A DNA stretch of 64,000 nt from Alphaproteobacteria bacterium (GTDB lineage: Bacteria; Pseudomonadota; Alphaproteobacteria; SP197): contig OZ219747.1 in the NCBI GenBank assembly GCA_964291265.2, positions 1,632,001 through 1,696,000 on the forward strand, written 5' to 3'. The position numbers were made by a program, and so were the translations under genes. Positions 1 through 9,558 of the stretch are shown in pieces (the first letter of the stretch is position 1; every line of letters starts with the position of its first letter). The notes beneath the pieces were generated by a model. That model searched no databases. It was not told the DNA's origin and was given only the letters and a program-made list of their open reading frames with translations.

Positions 1-233
1 CCGATGAGAATGGAACCCTTGCGCCCGATGCAGTCCGACAGTGGTCCGAAGAGAAGGGGGCCGATACCCATGCCGAGGAAGAGGGCGGTGATGATGTACT
101 GCACGTCGTTGCGTGCGGCGGCTCCGAGCTCGGATCCGATGTCCGGCAGTGCCGGCAGCATGGCATCGGTCGACAGGGCCGAGAGCGACATGAGCAAGGC
201 CACCAGCGGCACGAATTCGCTGTTCTTCAACAT
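1..233 (-). CDS. Bcr/CflA (DHA1) family multidrug efflux MFS transporter, 5' part only (runs off window)
   Basis: Manual translation from ATG at 233: MLKNSEFVPLVALLMSLSALSTDAMLPALPDIG...GPLSDCIGRK, with the DxxLPALP motif and MFS motif A. Not in the ORF track because it is truncated. Confidence 0.85.
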   Translation of the reverse strand, partial: MLKNSEFVPLVALLMSLSALSTDAMLPALPDIGSELGAAARNDVQYIITALFLGMGIGPLLFGPLSDCIGRKGSILI

Positions 234-485
234 GGACTCATGCCGCTCCCGAACGGAATTCTGGCCGGGTCAAGGTGATGTTCGGGGGAATCCTGAGGCC
301 CTGGCGAGCTCGCCTGCAGCCAGGAACGTTCGCCCTTGCCCGGCGGACGATACCACCAGGGAAGCGGCTCCGCTACCGGACTGCGGCAAGGTGGCGCTCA
401 CCGCAGGACGGCGACTGAACCTGGCGGACAGGGCATGAGGAGCGGTCGCTCGAGACCGACAAGCCCGCGGGACAAGGGGCCTCGG

Positions 486-1247
486 TTACTGGACGAGCGG
501 TGTGTCCGCGGCGGCGATCCGGAAGCCCAGGATGCTGGCCTTGCTTGCCAGAAGCTGAACGTACTGCCGGAAGGCGCGGCGCCAGGAGGCCTCCTTCAGG
601 TAGTCTTCAACCCTGTCGGCGACGGCTTCATAGGGGAGCTGACGCCCGGGAACCCGTTTGTCGACGCGCACGACATGGATGCCGTAGCGGCTCCTCACCG
701 GAACGGGCGAGAGCTGGCCCTCTTCCAGGTTGAAGAGAAAGGTCTCGAGTTCGGGCACGGTGTCGCCACGCGAAACCTGGCCGAGCCTGCCGTCATTGTG
801 TCGTGAATCGCAGGCCGAGTGGGCCCGAGCCAGTTCGCCGAAGCGTTCGGGAGTTGCGCTCAGGGTGTCGATGGCGCGCCGCGCCTCGGCTTCTTTCTTC
901 GTGCGTTCTTCGGCATCGTCGGGTGGCGTGGCGAAGAGGATGTGCGCCGCTTCCACCAGATCGGGGCTGCGAAACCGTTCCCGGTTGTTGCCGTAATAGC
1001 GGCGGCATTCCTCGTCGGAGGGCTCGGGAACGTCCACCTCGCGTTCGATCAGGGACTGGAACGTCCCGCTGTCGTCGTCGCCCTCGATGCCCATGGCTCG
1101 TGCCCGGTGGAGAATGAGAGTGCGGATTACCAGCCACTCGCAGGCGGCATGGCGGGCCTCGGCGGCGCTCTCTGCCGGGTGATACTGCATCTCCCGCAGG
1201 ATGTCGTCTTCGCTGATGTGGTGATCGTTGACGCGGATTCCGTTCAC
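486..1247 (-). CDS. Parvulin-type peptidyl-prolyl isomerase (NifM/PpiC-like) associated with the nar operon
   Basis: VNGIRVND start with GTGA overlap on the narI stop; AAHIL, FGELARAHSAC, G-x-LG and SRYGIHVV parvulin motifs; a usual neighbour downstream of narI. Confidence 0.88.
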   Translation of the reverse strand: MNGIRVNDHHISEDDILREMQYHPAESAAEARHAACEWLVIRTLILHRARAMGIEGDDDSGTFQSLIEREVDVPEPSDEECRRYYGNNRERFRSPDLVEAAHILFATPPDDAEERTKKEAEARRAIDTLSATPERFGELARAHSACDSRHNDGRLGQVSRGDTVPELETFLFNLEEGQLSPVPVRSRYGIHVVRVDKRVPGRQLPYEAVADRVEDYLKEASWRRAFRQYVQLLASKASILGFRIAAADTPLVQ

Positions 1248-1954
1248 GGCGAGGCCGTCCGCCCGTGATTGCGGCTGCGCACCACTTGGTAGCCGCGGCG
1301 GCCAAGATAGCCGAAGGGTGCGCTCCAGATGTGGACGAGGCGGCTGAACGGAAAGATGAGAAAGATTGTCAGCCCGAGAGCGATATGCGCCTTGTAGACC
1401 CAGGAGACGTCGACCACATGGAGCGCGGCATCGCTCTGGAAGGTGACGATTTTCTGTGCCCACAGCGACAGGGTCACCATGACGTCGCCGGTTTCGCGAT
1501 GCGCCCAGGAGAACGGCAGCGTCACCATGCCGAGCACGAGCTGCAGCCACAGGATGACAAGGATGGCGATGTCCATGGTGCTCGAGGTCCTGCGGATTCG
1601 CGGATCGAAGAGACGCCGATGGAGCAGCATGGTGAGGCCGACAAGGCACACAGCTCCGAAGAGCCCGCCGGCGACCACCGCCAGCACCTGCTTGGCCGAC
1701 GAGGTGAGACCGACGGCGTGGTAGATCTCCTGCGGCGTCAGGAGCCCGACAAAGTGCCCCAGGAACAGCAACAGGATCCCGACATGGAAAAGGACGCTGC
1801 CCATCATCAGCTGGCGCCGGCGCAGCAGTTGGCTCGAGCCGCTGCGCCAGGTGTACTGCTCGCGGTCGAAGCGGATCAGGCTTCCCGCCAGGAACACCGT
1901 TGCCGCCAGGTAGGGGTAGTAACCGAAGACCAGGATGTGGAACCAGTCGCCCAT
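1244..1954 (-). CDS. narI: Respiratory nitrate reductase gamma subunit (cytochrome b)
   Basis: FGYYPYLA, DREQYTWRSGSSQLL, FHVGIL..GH, FPFSRLVHIWSAP. Start could be GTG at 1960. Confidence 0.97.
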   Translation of the reverse strand: MGDWFHILVFGYYPYLAATVFLAGSLIRFDREQYTWRSGSSQLLRRRQLMMGSVLFHVGILLLFLGHFVGLLTPQEIYHAVGLTSSAKQVLAVVAGGLFGAVCLVGLTMLLHRRLFDPRIRRTSSTMDIAILVILWLQLVLGMVTLPFSWAHRETGDVMVTLSLWAQKIVTFQSDAALHVVDVSWVYKAHIALGLTIFLIFPFSRLVHIWSAPFGYLGRRGYQVVRSRNHGRTASP

Positions 1955-1956
1955 GG

Positions 1957-2652
1957 TCACGCTCCGTCCCGTGCGTCGCCCGTGGGAAGGGCAAGTTCCG
2001 CCATGCGGTTCAGACTCTCCCGTGCTGCCGGACATGACCCGTCACCGGAGAAGGCAGGCGCTTCTTCCCAGTCGCTGTCAAGTGCTGCCGCCTCGGCCTC
2101 CGGTGTCTTGTCATGTTCGAGAAGGCCTTCCACCGCGGCGCGGGAAGCCTTCCTGCCCGCGATGTCCTCGAGCGCCGCGAACACCGCGGCATAGTCGCTG
2201 CCGCGCCGTTCCAGGCGAATGCGGACGGCCGAGAGGATGTGGGCAACATCGCCGAGGAGGCTTGCCGCCTCTTCATCCGGCCTCAGTGACAGGAACTCGA
2301 GGAAGAGCGGTAGGTAGTCCGGCAGTTCGTTGGCATCGATTCGGTACCCCGCGGCCTCGTAGTGGGCCGTCAGGTTGACCATCGCCTGGCCCCGGTCACG
2401 GGACTCGCCGTGAATGTGTTCGAAGAGGTGAAGTGACAGGCTGCGTGACCGGTCGAACTGGCCGACATAGATTTCCTGTGCCTCCAGGAGTTCGCTGTTC
2501 CCGAGGCGCGAGAGAAACCGGTGGACCGCTTTCAGCGTCTTGCTCGACAGCCGGTCATCGGCATGGAGAACCGCGCCGATCTCCGGCGCCGCCTCCAGCA
2601 GTCCGGGGCCGGGGTACTGCAGGAGGGCGCCCAGGGCACGGTAGATCATCAT
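1957..2652 (-). CDS. narJ: Nitrate reductase molybdenum cofactor assembly chaperone
   Basis: YVGQFDRSRSLSLHLFEHIHGESRDRGQAMV and ELPDYLPLFLEFLS; ATGA overlap with the narH stop. Confidence 0.96.
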   Translation of the reverse strand: MMIYRALGALLQYPGPGLLEAAPEIGAVLHADDRLSSKTLKAVHRFLSRLGNSELLEAQEIYVGQFDRSRSLSLHLFEHIHGESRDRGQAMVNLTAHYEAAGYRIDANELPDYLPLFLEFLSLRPDEEAASLLGDVAHILSAVRIRLERRGSDYAAVFAALEDIAGRKASRAAVEGLLEHDKTPEAEAAALDSDWEEAPAFSGDGSCPAARESLNRMAELALPTGDARDGA

Positions 2653-4190
2653 CGATCGCCGGCATGGACGCCCGACCGCCCGCCGGCGCTCGGTCCCACC
2701 CGGACCTCGTGGCTGAAGAGATCGATGCCGCCACCGCCGCTGCACCCGTCGCCGAAGCTGAATCCGCACTCCCCGCGCAGGTCGAAGGCCTCCTCGGCAT
2801 ACTCGCGGTGGGTGGTGGGGATGACGAAGCGGTCCTCGTAGTTGGCGATCGCCATGGTCTGGTACATGTCCTCGACATCCGCCTCGGTCAGACCGGCCTC
2901 CTCGAGAACGTCCGTCGCGCGCCGCCCCTCGACATGCCTGGCGCGCATGTAGATCCGCATGGCCAGCATCCGCTCGAGTCCCAGCGTCACCGGCTTCTCG
3001 TCACCGGCGGTGAGGAGGTTGGCGAGGTACCGGACAGGAATCCGCAACTGGGAGACGTCCGGGATCAGGCCTTGTGTTTCGAGCATTCCGGTCTCCGCTG
3101 CCGACTGGATCGGCGACAGGGGCGGCACGTACCACACCATGGGCAGCGTCCGGTACTCCGGGTGCAGCGGGAAGGCGACCTTCCAGTCCATGGCCATGCG
3201 CCACACCGGCGAGCGCTGGGCCGCGTCGATCCAGGCCGGTGGGACGCCGTCCTCGCGTGCCTGACGGATGACGTTCGGATCATGGGGGTCGAGAAAGATG
3301 TCGAGCTGCGCCTGGTAGAGGTCGCGGGGATCCTCGACGGCGGCGGCCTCCTCGATGCGGTCGGCGTCGTACATGAGCACGCCGAGATAGCGGATCCGCC
3401 CCACGCAGGTTTCGGAGCACACCGTCGGTTCGCCCGCCTCGATGCGCGGATAGCAGAAGATGCACTTCTCCGACTTTCCCGATCGCCAGTTGTAGTAGAT
3501 CTTCTTATAGGGGCAGGCGGAAACGCACATGCGCCAGCCGCGGCACTTGTCCTGATCGATGAGGACGATGCCGTCCTCCTCGCGCTTGTAGATGGCGCCG
3601 GAGGGGCAGGCAGCGACGCAGGACGGATTGAGACAGTGTTCACACAGGCGCGGCAGGTACATCATGAAGGTGTTTTCGAACTGCCCGTAGATCTCCTTTT
3701 CCATCGCCTCGAAATTGACGTCACGGCTGCGGCTGGAGAACTCGCCTCCGAGTATCTCTTCCCAGTTCGGTCCCCACTTCACCTTGTCCATGCGTTCGCC
3801 GCTGATCAGCGAACGCGGGCGCGCCGTCGGCGGCGTGCGCGATTCCGGGGCGTTGTGGAGATGCTCGTAATCGAAGGTGAAGGGTTCGTAGTAATCATCG
3901 ATCTGGGGCATGTCCGGGTTGGCGAATATCTTGGCCAGGATGCGCAGCTTGCCCCCCATTCTGGGCGCGATCCTGCCGTTTCTCTTGCGCACCCAGCCGC
4001 CGTTCCAGACGTCCTGGTTCTCCCACTGCCGGGGATAGCCGACGCCGGGCTTGGTCTCGACGTTGTTGAACCAAGCGTATTCCATGCCCTCGCGACTGGT
4101 CCACACGTTCTTGCAGGTGACCGAGCAGGTATGGCAGCCGATGCACTTGTCGAGATTGAGAACCTTGCCGATCTGTGCCCGCACCTTCAT
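2649..4190 (-). CDS. narH: Respiratory nitrate reductase beta subunit (Fe-S)
   Basis: MKVRAQIGKVLNLDKCIGCHTCSVTCKNVW and four Cys clusters; 513 aa. Confidence 0.99.
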   Translation of the reverse strand: MKVRAQIGKVLNLDKCIGCHTCSVTCKNVWTSREGMEYAWFNNVETKPGVGYPRQWENQDVWNGGWVRKRNGRIAPRMGGKLRILAKIFANPDMPQIDDYYEPFTFDYEHLHNAPESRTPPTARPRSLISGERMDKVKWGPNWEEILGGEFSSRSRDVNFEAMEKEIYGQFENTFMMYLPRLCEHCLNPSCVAACPSGAIYKREEDGIVLIDQDKCRGWRMCVSACPYKKIYYNWRSGKSEKCIFCYPRIEAGEPTVCSETCVGRIRYLGVLMYDADRIEEAAAVEDPRDLYQAQLDIFLDPHDPNVIRQAREDGVPPAWIDAAQRSPVWRMAMDWKVAFPLHPEYRTLPMVWYVPPLSPIQSAAETGMLETQGLIPDVSQLRIPVRYLANLLTAGDEKPVTLGLERMLAMRIYMRARHVEGRRATDVLEEAGLTEADVEDMYQTMAIANYEDRFVIPTTHREYAEEAFDLRGECGFSFGDGCSGGGGIDLFSHEVRVGPSAGGRSGVHAGDR

Positions 4191-7100
4191 GACGCCGCCT
4201 CCATTGCCGCGGCCGGCAGCGGGTCATCCATCCAGTCGACCTCCCGCATCCGGCGCACGATCACGAATTCGTCTCGATTCGAGCCGACCGTGCCGTAGTA
4301 GTTGAAGCCGTATGACTGCTGCGCATAGCCGCCGATCATGTGGGTCGGCTTGACCGTGGTGCGGGTGACCGAATTGTGGATCCCGCCACGGGTTCCGGTG
4401 ACCTCGCTGCCCGGCATGTTCATGATCTTCTCCTGGGCATGGTACATCAGCGTCATGCCTTCCGGAACGCGCTGGCTGACGACTGCACGGGCCACCAGCG
4501 CCCCATTGGTGTTGTAGGCCTCGATCCAGTCGTTGTCCGCGGCGTCGATCCGGGCCGCGTCGGTTTCGCTGATCCAGATGATCGGCCCACCACGGGACAG
4601 GGTGAGCATCAGGAGATTGTCGGTGTAGGTGGAGTGGATACCCCACTTCTGGTGCGGTGTGATGAAGTTGAGCACGACCTGCGGGTTGCCGTTGTCCCGG
4701 TCGTCGATCAGCGGCCGGATGGTCTTGGTGTCGATGGGCGGCTTGTAGACGCACAGCTGTTCACCGAAGGCGCGCATCCACAGGTGGTCCTGGTAGAGTT
4801 GCTGGCGGCCGGTCAGGGTGCGCCACGGGATGAGTTCGTGCACGTTGGTGTAGCCCGCCGTGTAGGTGACATGCTCGGATTCCACGCCCGACCACGTGGG
4901 TGACGAGATGATCTTGCGCGGCTGGGCCTGGAGGTCGCGGAAGCGCAGGCTGTCCTCTTCCCGGGACGCCGCCAGGTGCTCGTGATCGCGTCCTGTCGCC
5001 TTGCCGAGCGCCGCCCAGGCCTTGACCGCCACCTTGCCGTTGGTCTCCGGGGCCAGGGCCAGGACGACCTCCGATGCATCGATGTCGGAATCGATCCTCG
5101 CCAGGCCCTGCGTGATGCCTTCCGTGCGCACCTCGCCGTTCAACCGCTTCAGGAAGGCGACCTCGTCTTCGGTGTTCCACGTGATGCCCTTGCCGCCGTT
5201 GCCGACCGTCGTGAGCAGCGGCCCGAGAGCGGTGAACTTCCTGTATGTATTCGGGTAGTCGCGCTCGACGACCACCATGTTGGGCATGGTCTTGCCGGGC
5301 CGGGGCTCGCACTCTCCCTTCTTCCAGTCCCTGACCTCGATCGCCTGGGCGAGTTCCGCGGGCGTGTCGTGCAGGACCGGCGCCAGGACCAGGTCGCGCT
5401 CGACACCGAGCGTGCCTTCGGCGAGGTCGGAGAACGTCCTGGCGATTCCCTTGAAGATCTCCCAGTCGCTGCGGGTTTCCCATACCGGATCCACGGCCGC
5501 GGACAACGGATGGATGAACGGGTGCATGTCCGAGGTGTTGAGATCGTTCTTCTCGTACCAGGTCGCCGTGGGGAGAACGATGTCGGAGTAGAGACAGGTC
5601 GTCGACATGCGGAAGTCGAGGGTGACGAGAAGGTCGAGCTTGCCCTCGGGAGCACTCTCGTGCCACTCCACCTCGACCGGCCGTTGCCCCCCCGACTCCC
5701 CGAGGTCCTTGCCCTGCACGCCGTGCCTGGTTCCCAGAAGGTGCTTGAGGAAGTACTCGTGTCCCTTGCCGCTGGAACCCAGGAGGTTGGAGCGCCACAC
5801 GAAGAGATTGCGCGGCCAGTTCTTCGGATTGTCGGGGTCTTCGGCTGAGAAGCGCAATGTGCCCGACGCGAGCCCGGCGACGGCCGTCTGCACCGGATCA
5901 TCGGCTCCCGCCGCCCGCGTCACCTCCAGGGGATTGGTTTCGAGCTGAGGCGCGGAGGGCAGCCAGCCCATGCGCTCGGACCTGACGTTGAAGTCGATGA
6001 GGCTGAGCGAGGTCCATTCGCCGTCGGGCGCCAGGGGCGAGACCAGTTCGCTGGCCGTCAGCTGCTCGTATCGCCACTGATCGGTGTGAGCGTACCAGAA
6101 GGACGTGCTGTTCATGTGCCGCGGCGGCCGGTTCCAGTCCAGTGCGAAGGCGAGCGGCAGCCAGCCGGTCTGCGGCCGCAGCTTTTCCTGACCGACATAG
6201 TGCGACCAGCCTCCACCGGACTTGCCGACGCACCCGCACATCACCAGGAGGTTGATGATGCCGCGATAGATCATGTCCATGTGGTACCAGTGGTTGAGGG
6301 CCGCCCCGACGATGACCATGGAACGGCCCTCGGTCTTGTGGGCGTTGTCCGCGAAGGCCCGGGCCACGGCGATGACCTTCTCGCGTGTCACCCCGGTGAT
6401 CCGCTCCTGCCAGGCCGGCGTGCAGGGCACGTCGTCATCGAAGGTGCCGGCGACGTGGTCGCCGCCCAGTCCGCGGTCGATGCCGTAGTTGGCCACGAGG
6501 AGGTCGAAGACCGTGGCGACCGGCACCTCACCTTGCAGGGTCGTGACGGTCTTCACAGGGACATGGCGCCACAGAACGTCGTCGTGATCCGTGCCTGCGA
6601 AGTGGTCGTGGGAAGCGTTGCCGAAATAGGGGAACCCGACCGGCAGCACATCGTCACGGGATTCCAGGAGGCTGAGACGCAACCTCGTCGCTTCGCCCCG
6701 GCCCCCCTCGCGTTCCTCGATGTTCCACTTGCCGCCCTCTCCCCAGCGGTAACCGACGGATCCCACCGGGCACACGAGGGAATCGTCCGCGTTGGCGTCC
6801 ACGGCGACGGTCTTCCATTCGGGATTGTTCGTCTCTTCCAGGGCTCCTTCGATATCGGCGGCGCGCAGCAGGCGATCCGGCACCCAGCCTTCATTCGACT
6901 GTCTCAGGGTGACCAGCATCGGCATGTCGGTAAAGCGCCGGCAGTAGTCCTCGAAGTAGGGGCTCTTCGACGCCAAGTGCCATTCCTTCAGGATGACGTG
7001 GCCCATGGCGAGGGCGAGGGCGGCATCGGTGCCCTGCTTGGGGTTGAGCCAGATGTCGGCGAACTTCGACGCCTCGCTGTAGTCGGGCGTGACCGTCACG

Positions 7101-7930
7101 GTGGTGGCGCCCTTATAGCGGACCTCGGTCATGAAATGTGCGTCGGGCGTACGTGTCTGCGGCACGTTCGAGCCCCACATCATGAGGAAGGTGGAGTTGT
7201 ACCAGTCGGCGCTCTCGGGGACGTCGGTCTGTTCGCCCCAGGTCTGTGGACTCGACGGCGGCAAATCGCAGTACCAGTCGTAGAAGCTCATGCAGACGCC
7301 GCCGATCAGCGACAGGTAGCGCGACCCGGCGGCATAGGAGACCATCGACATCGCCGGAATCGGCGAAAAGCCGATCACCCGGTCAGGACCGTAGGTCCTG
7401 ATGGTGTGGATGTTGGCGGCGGCGATGATCTCGTTGACCTCGTCCCAGTTCGAGCGGACAAATCCACCGTGACCGCGGACCTGCTGGTAGTCCCGGCGCT
7501 TTCCGGCATCGCCTGCGATCGAGGCCCAGGCGGCCACCGGATCCATGGTCTTGCGCGCCTCGCGCCAGTGTCGCACCAGCCGGCTGCGCACCAGCGGATA
7601 CTTGAGCCGGTTGGCGCTGTAGATGTACCAGGAATAGCTGGCGCCGCGCGAACAGCCGCGCGGCTCGTGGTTGGGCAGGTCAGGCCGGGTGCGGGGATAA
7701 TCGGTCTGCTGTGTTTCCCAGGTGATGATTCCGCCCTTGACGTAGATCTTCCAGCTGCACGATCCGGTGCAGTTCACCCCGTGGGTCGAGCGCACGATCT
7801 TGTCATGGCTCCAGCGCGCCCGGTAGGCGTCCTCCCAGGTGCGGTCCTCGCTCGTGACCACGCCGTGCCCGTCCGAGAAGGTGTCGACTGTCTTCGTGAA
7901 GAAGGTCAGTCGGTCCAGGAAATGGCTCAT
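4187..7930 (-). CDS. narG: Respiratory nitrate reductase alpha subunit (Mo-bisPGD)
   Basis: MSHFLDRL, RSTHGVNCTGSC, SFYDWYCDLPP, YGFNYYGTVGSNRD; 1247 aa; no TAT motif, so cytoplasm-facing type. Confidence 0.99.
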   Translation of the reverse strand: MSHFLDRLTFFTKTVDTFSDGHGVVTSEDRTWEDAYRARWSHDKIVRSTHGVNCTGSCSWKIYVKGGIITWETQQTDYPRTRPDLPNHEPRGCSRGASYSWYIYSANRLKYPLVRSRLVRHWREARKTMDPVAAWASIAGDAGKRRDYQQVRGHGGFVRSNWDEVNEIIAAANIHTIRTYGPDRVIGFSPIPAMSMVSYAAGSRYLSLIGGVCMSFYDWYCDLPPSSPQTWGEQTDVPESADWYNSTFLMMWGSNVPQTRTPDAHFMTEVRYKGATTVTVTPDYSEASKFADIWLNPKQGTDAALALAMGHVILKEWHLASKSPYFEDYCRRFTDMPMLVTLRQSNEGWVPDRLLRAADIEGALEETNNPEWKTVAVDANADDSLVCPVGSVGYRWGEGGKWNIEEREGGRGEATRLRLSLLESRDDVLPVGFPYFGNASHDHFAGTDHDDVLWRHVPVKTVTTLQGEVPVATVFDLLVANYGIDRGLGGDHVAGTFDDDVPCTPAWQERITGVTREKVIAVARAFADNAHKTEGRSMVIVGAALNHWYHMDMIYRGIINLLVMCGCVGKSGGGWSHYVGQEKLRPQTGWLPLAFALDWNRPPRHMNSTSFWYAHTDQWRYEQLTASELVSPLAPDGEWTSLSLIDFNVRSERMGWLPSAPQLETNPLEVTRAAGADDPVQTAVAGLASGTLRFSAEDPDNPKNWPRNLFVWRSNLLGSSGKGHEYFLKHLLGTRHGVQGKDLGESGGQRPVEVEWHESAPEGKLDLLVTLDFRMSTTCLYSDIVLPTATWYEKNDLNTSDMHPFIHPLSAAVDPVWETRSDWEIFKGIARTFSDLAEGTLGVERDLVLAPVLHDTPAELAQAIEVRDWKKGECEPRPGKTMPNMVVVERDYPNTYRKFTALGPLLTTVGNGGKGITWNTEDEVAFLKRLNGEVRTEGITQGLARIDSDIDASEVVLALAPETNGKVAVKAWAALGKATGRDHEHLAASREEDSLRFRDLQAQPRKIISSPTWSGVESEHVTYTAGYTNVHELIPWRTLTGRQQLYQDHLWMRAFGEQLCVYKPPIDTKTIRPLIDDRDNGNPQVVLNFITPHQKWGIHSTYTDNLLMLTLSRGGPIIWISETDAARIDAADNDWIEAYNTNGALVARAVVSQRVPEGMTLMYHAQEKIMNMPGSEVTGTRGGIHNSVTRTTVKPTHMIGGYAQQSYGFNYYGTVGSNRDEFVIVRRMREVDWMDDPLPAAAMEAAS

Positions 7931-7943
7931 CGGGCCCGCCTCC

Positions 7944-9551
7944 TCACGGGTTCTTCACGTAGGCGTTCGGTCGCAGGTAGAACCACCAGTTGATCATGAT
8001 GCACAACGCGTAGAAGGCAGCAAAGCCGTAGAGGGCGTTCTCCGGGGTGGTCGCCTTGATCTGTTCCCCGAAGACCTTCGGAATGATGAAGGCGCCATAG
8101 GCGGCGACTGCCGATGTCCAGCCAAGCACCGGGCCGGCCTGCACCTTGTCGAAGACGATGGCGATGGTCCGGAAGGTGGAACCGTTGCCGATCCCGGTGG
8201 CGGCGAAGAGGACGAGAAAGAGGACAAGGAAAGGCAGGAAGTAGTCTTCCGGCGTCGGCGAGACGTAGGCCAGGGACAGGATGTAGGCCACGCCGAGGGC
8301 GCAGGCGACCATGACGAAGGAGACGATCTGCGTGACCAGCGCACCGCCGAACCGGTCCGAGATCATGCCGCCGAGGGGACGGATGAGAGCGCCGATGAAG
8401 GGGCCGGTCCACGCGTACATGAGGGCGCTTGGTCCGTTGGCATTGACGGTCGTGTGGGTGAGCACCCCGTCGACCTCGAGGTGCTGGAAGCCGAACACGA
8501 CCTTGATGGCGAGCCCGAACGTGGCCGCATAGCCGATGAAGGAACCGAAGGTCATGGTGTAGATGACCGTCATCGCCCACGTGTGGCGGTTGCGGAAGAT
8601 GGCGTACTGCTGATCGAGGCTGCGGCGAATGGTGCCGGGGATCAGTCTGAGGGCAAGGACAGTCGCCGCGATGACGAGCGGAAGGACCAGCCACTTGCTG
8701 AGCTCCAGCCCCGAACCGCCGGCGTCGGCCGGCAGCAGCAGCCACAATCCGGCGGCGGCGGTGACGAGACCGATTCCCAGCATGCCGAGAATCTTGCCGA
8801 ACGCGCCGGTTGTCGAGTTGAGACCGGGGGAGACATGGTCCGCGGTGATGTTGTTCATGCCGAACCAGGCGGCGATGACCAGCGGTACCAGGATGGCGAC
8901 CCAGATGTAGCCTGCATTGTGGATGTAGGTCTCGGTGCCGGCCGGAATCTTGCCGATAAGGGTGCCTGAACCGTTGGCCAGGATGAGAGCCGAACCACCG
9001 AACACGCCGACGGTCATCACGAGGGGCACCAGGATCTGCATCGTGGTGACGCCGAAGTTGCCGAGCCCGGCGTTCATTCCCAGCGAATAACCCTGCACTC
9101 TCTTCGGGTAGAAGAACGAGATGTTCGACATCGACGAGGCAAAGTTGCCGCCTCCGAAGCCCGACAGCAGGGCCATGAGCTGGAACTGCCACAGGGGGGT
9201 CGACGGATCCTGCAGGAGGAACCCCGTGCCGGCGGCCGGGATGATGAGCAACGCCGTGGTCAGGAAGATCGTGTTGCGTCCGCCGGCGATGCGGATGAAG
9301 AAGGAAGACGGGATGCGCAGCGTGGCGCCGCTCAGACCGGCGATGGCCGCGAGGGTGAAAAGTTCCGCCTGGGCGAAGGGGAACTTCAGGTTGATCATCT
9401 GGACGGTGATGATCCCCCAGTAGAGCCACACCGCGAACCCGCACAGGAGACAGGGGATTGATATCCACAGGTTGCGGGTCGCGATGCGCCGACCCTCGCC
9501 CTGCCAGAAACCCTCGTCTTCCGGGTTCCAGTTCGTCAGGTTTCTGGCCAT
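7944..9551 (-). CDS. narK2: NarK2-type nitrate/nitrite antiporter (MFS)
   Basis: WNPEDEGFW..RNLWISIPCLL, GFGGGNFASSMSNISFFYP, GIGNGSTFR nitrate signature motifs. Confidence 0.92.
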   Translation of the reverse strand: MARNLTNWNPEDEGFWQGEGRRIATRNLWISIPCLLCGFAVWLYWGIITVQMINLKFPFAQAELFTLAAIAGLSGATLRIPSSFFIRIAGGRNTIFLTTALLIIPAAGTGFLLQDPSTPLWQFQLMALLSGFGGGNFASSMSNISFFYPKRVQGYSLGMNAGLGNFGVTTMQILVPLVMTVGVFGGSALILANGSGTLIGKIPAGTETYIHNAGYIWVAILVPLVIAAWFGMNNITADHVSPGLNSTTGAFGKILGMLGIGLVTAAAGLWLLLPADAGGSGLELSKWLVLPLVIAATVLALRLIPGTIRRSLDQQYAIFRNRHTWAMTVIYTMTFGSFIGYAATFGLAIKVVFGFQHLEVDGVLTHTTVNANGPSALMYAWTGPFIGALIRPLGGMISDRFGGALVTQIVSFVMVACALGVAYILSLAYVSPTPEDYFLPFLVLFLVLFAATGIGNGSTFRTIAIVFDKVQAGPVLGWTSAVAAYGAFIIPKVFGEQIKATTPENALYGFAAFYALCIMINWWFYLRPNAYVKNP

Positions 9552-9558
9552 GGCGAGC

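Noticed and set aside
6086-7993. Long antisense or alternate-frame ORFs (for example 6086-7993, 14766-16658, 29987-31558, 59097-61232)
   Set aside because: Shadow ORFs of high-GC genes; they lie opposite well-supported genes and show no family motifs.
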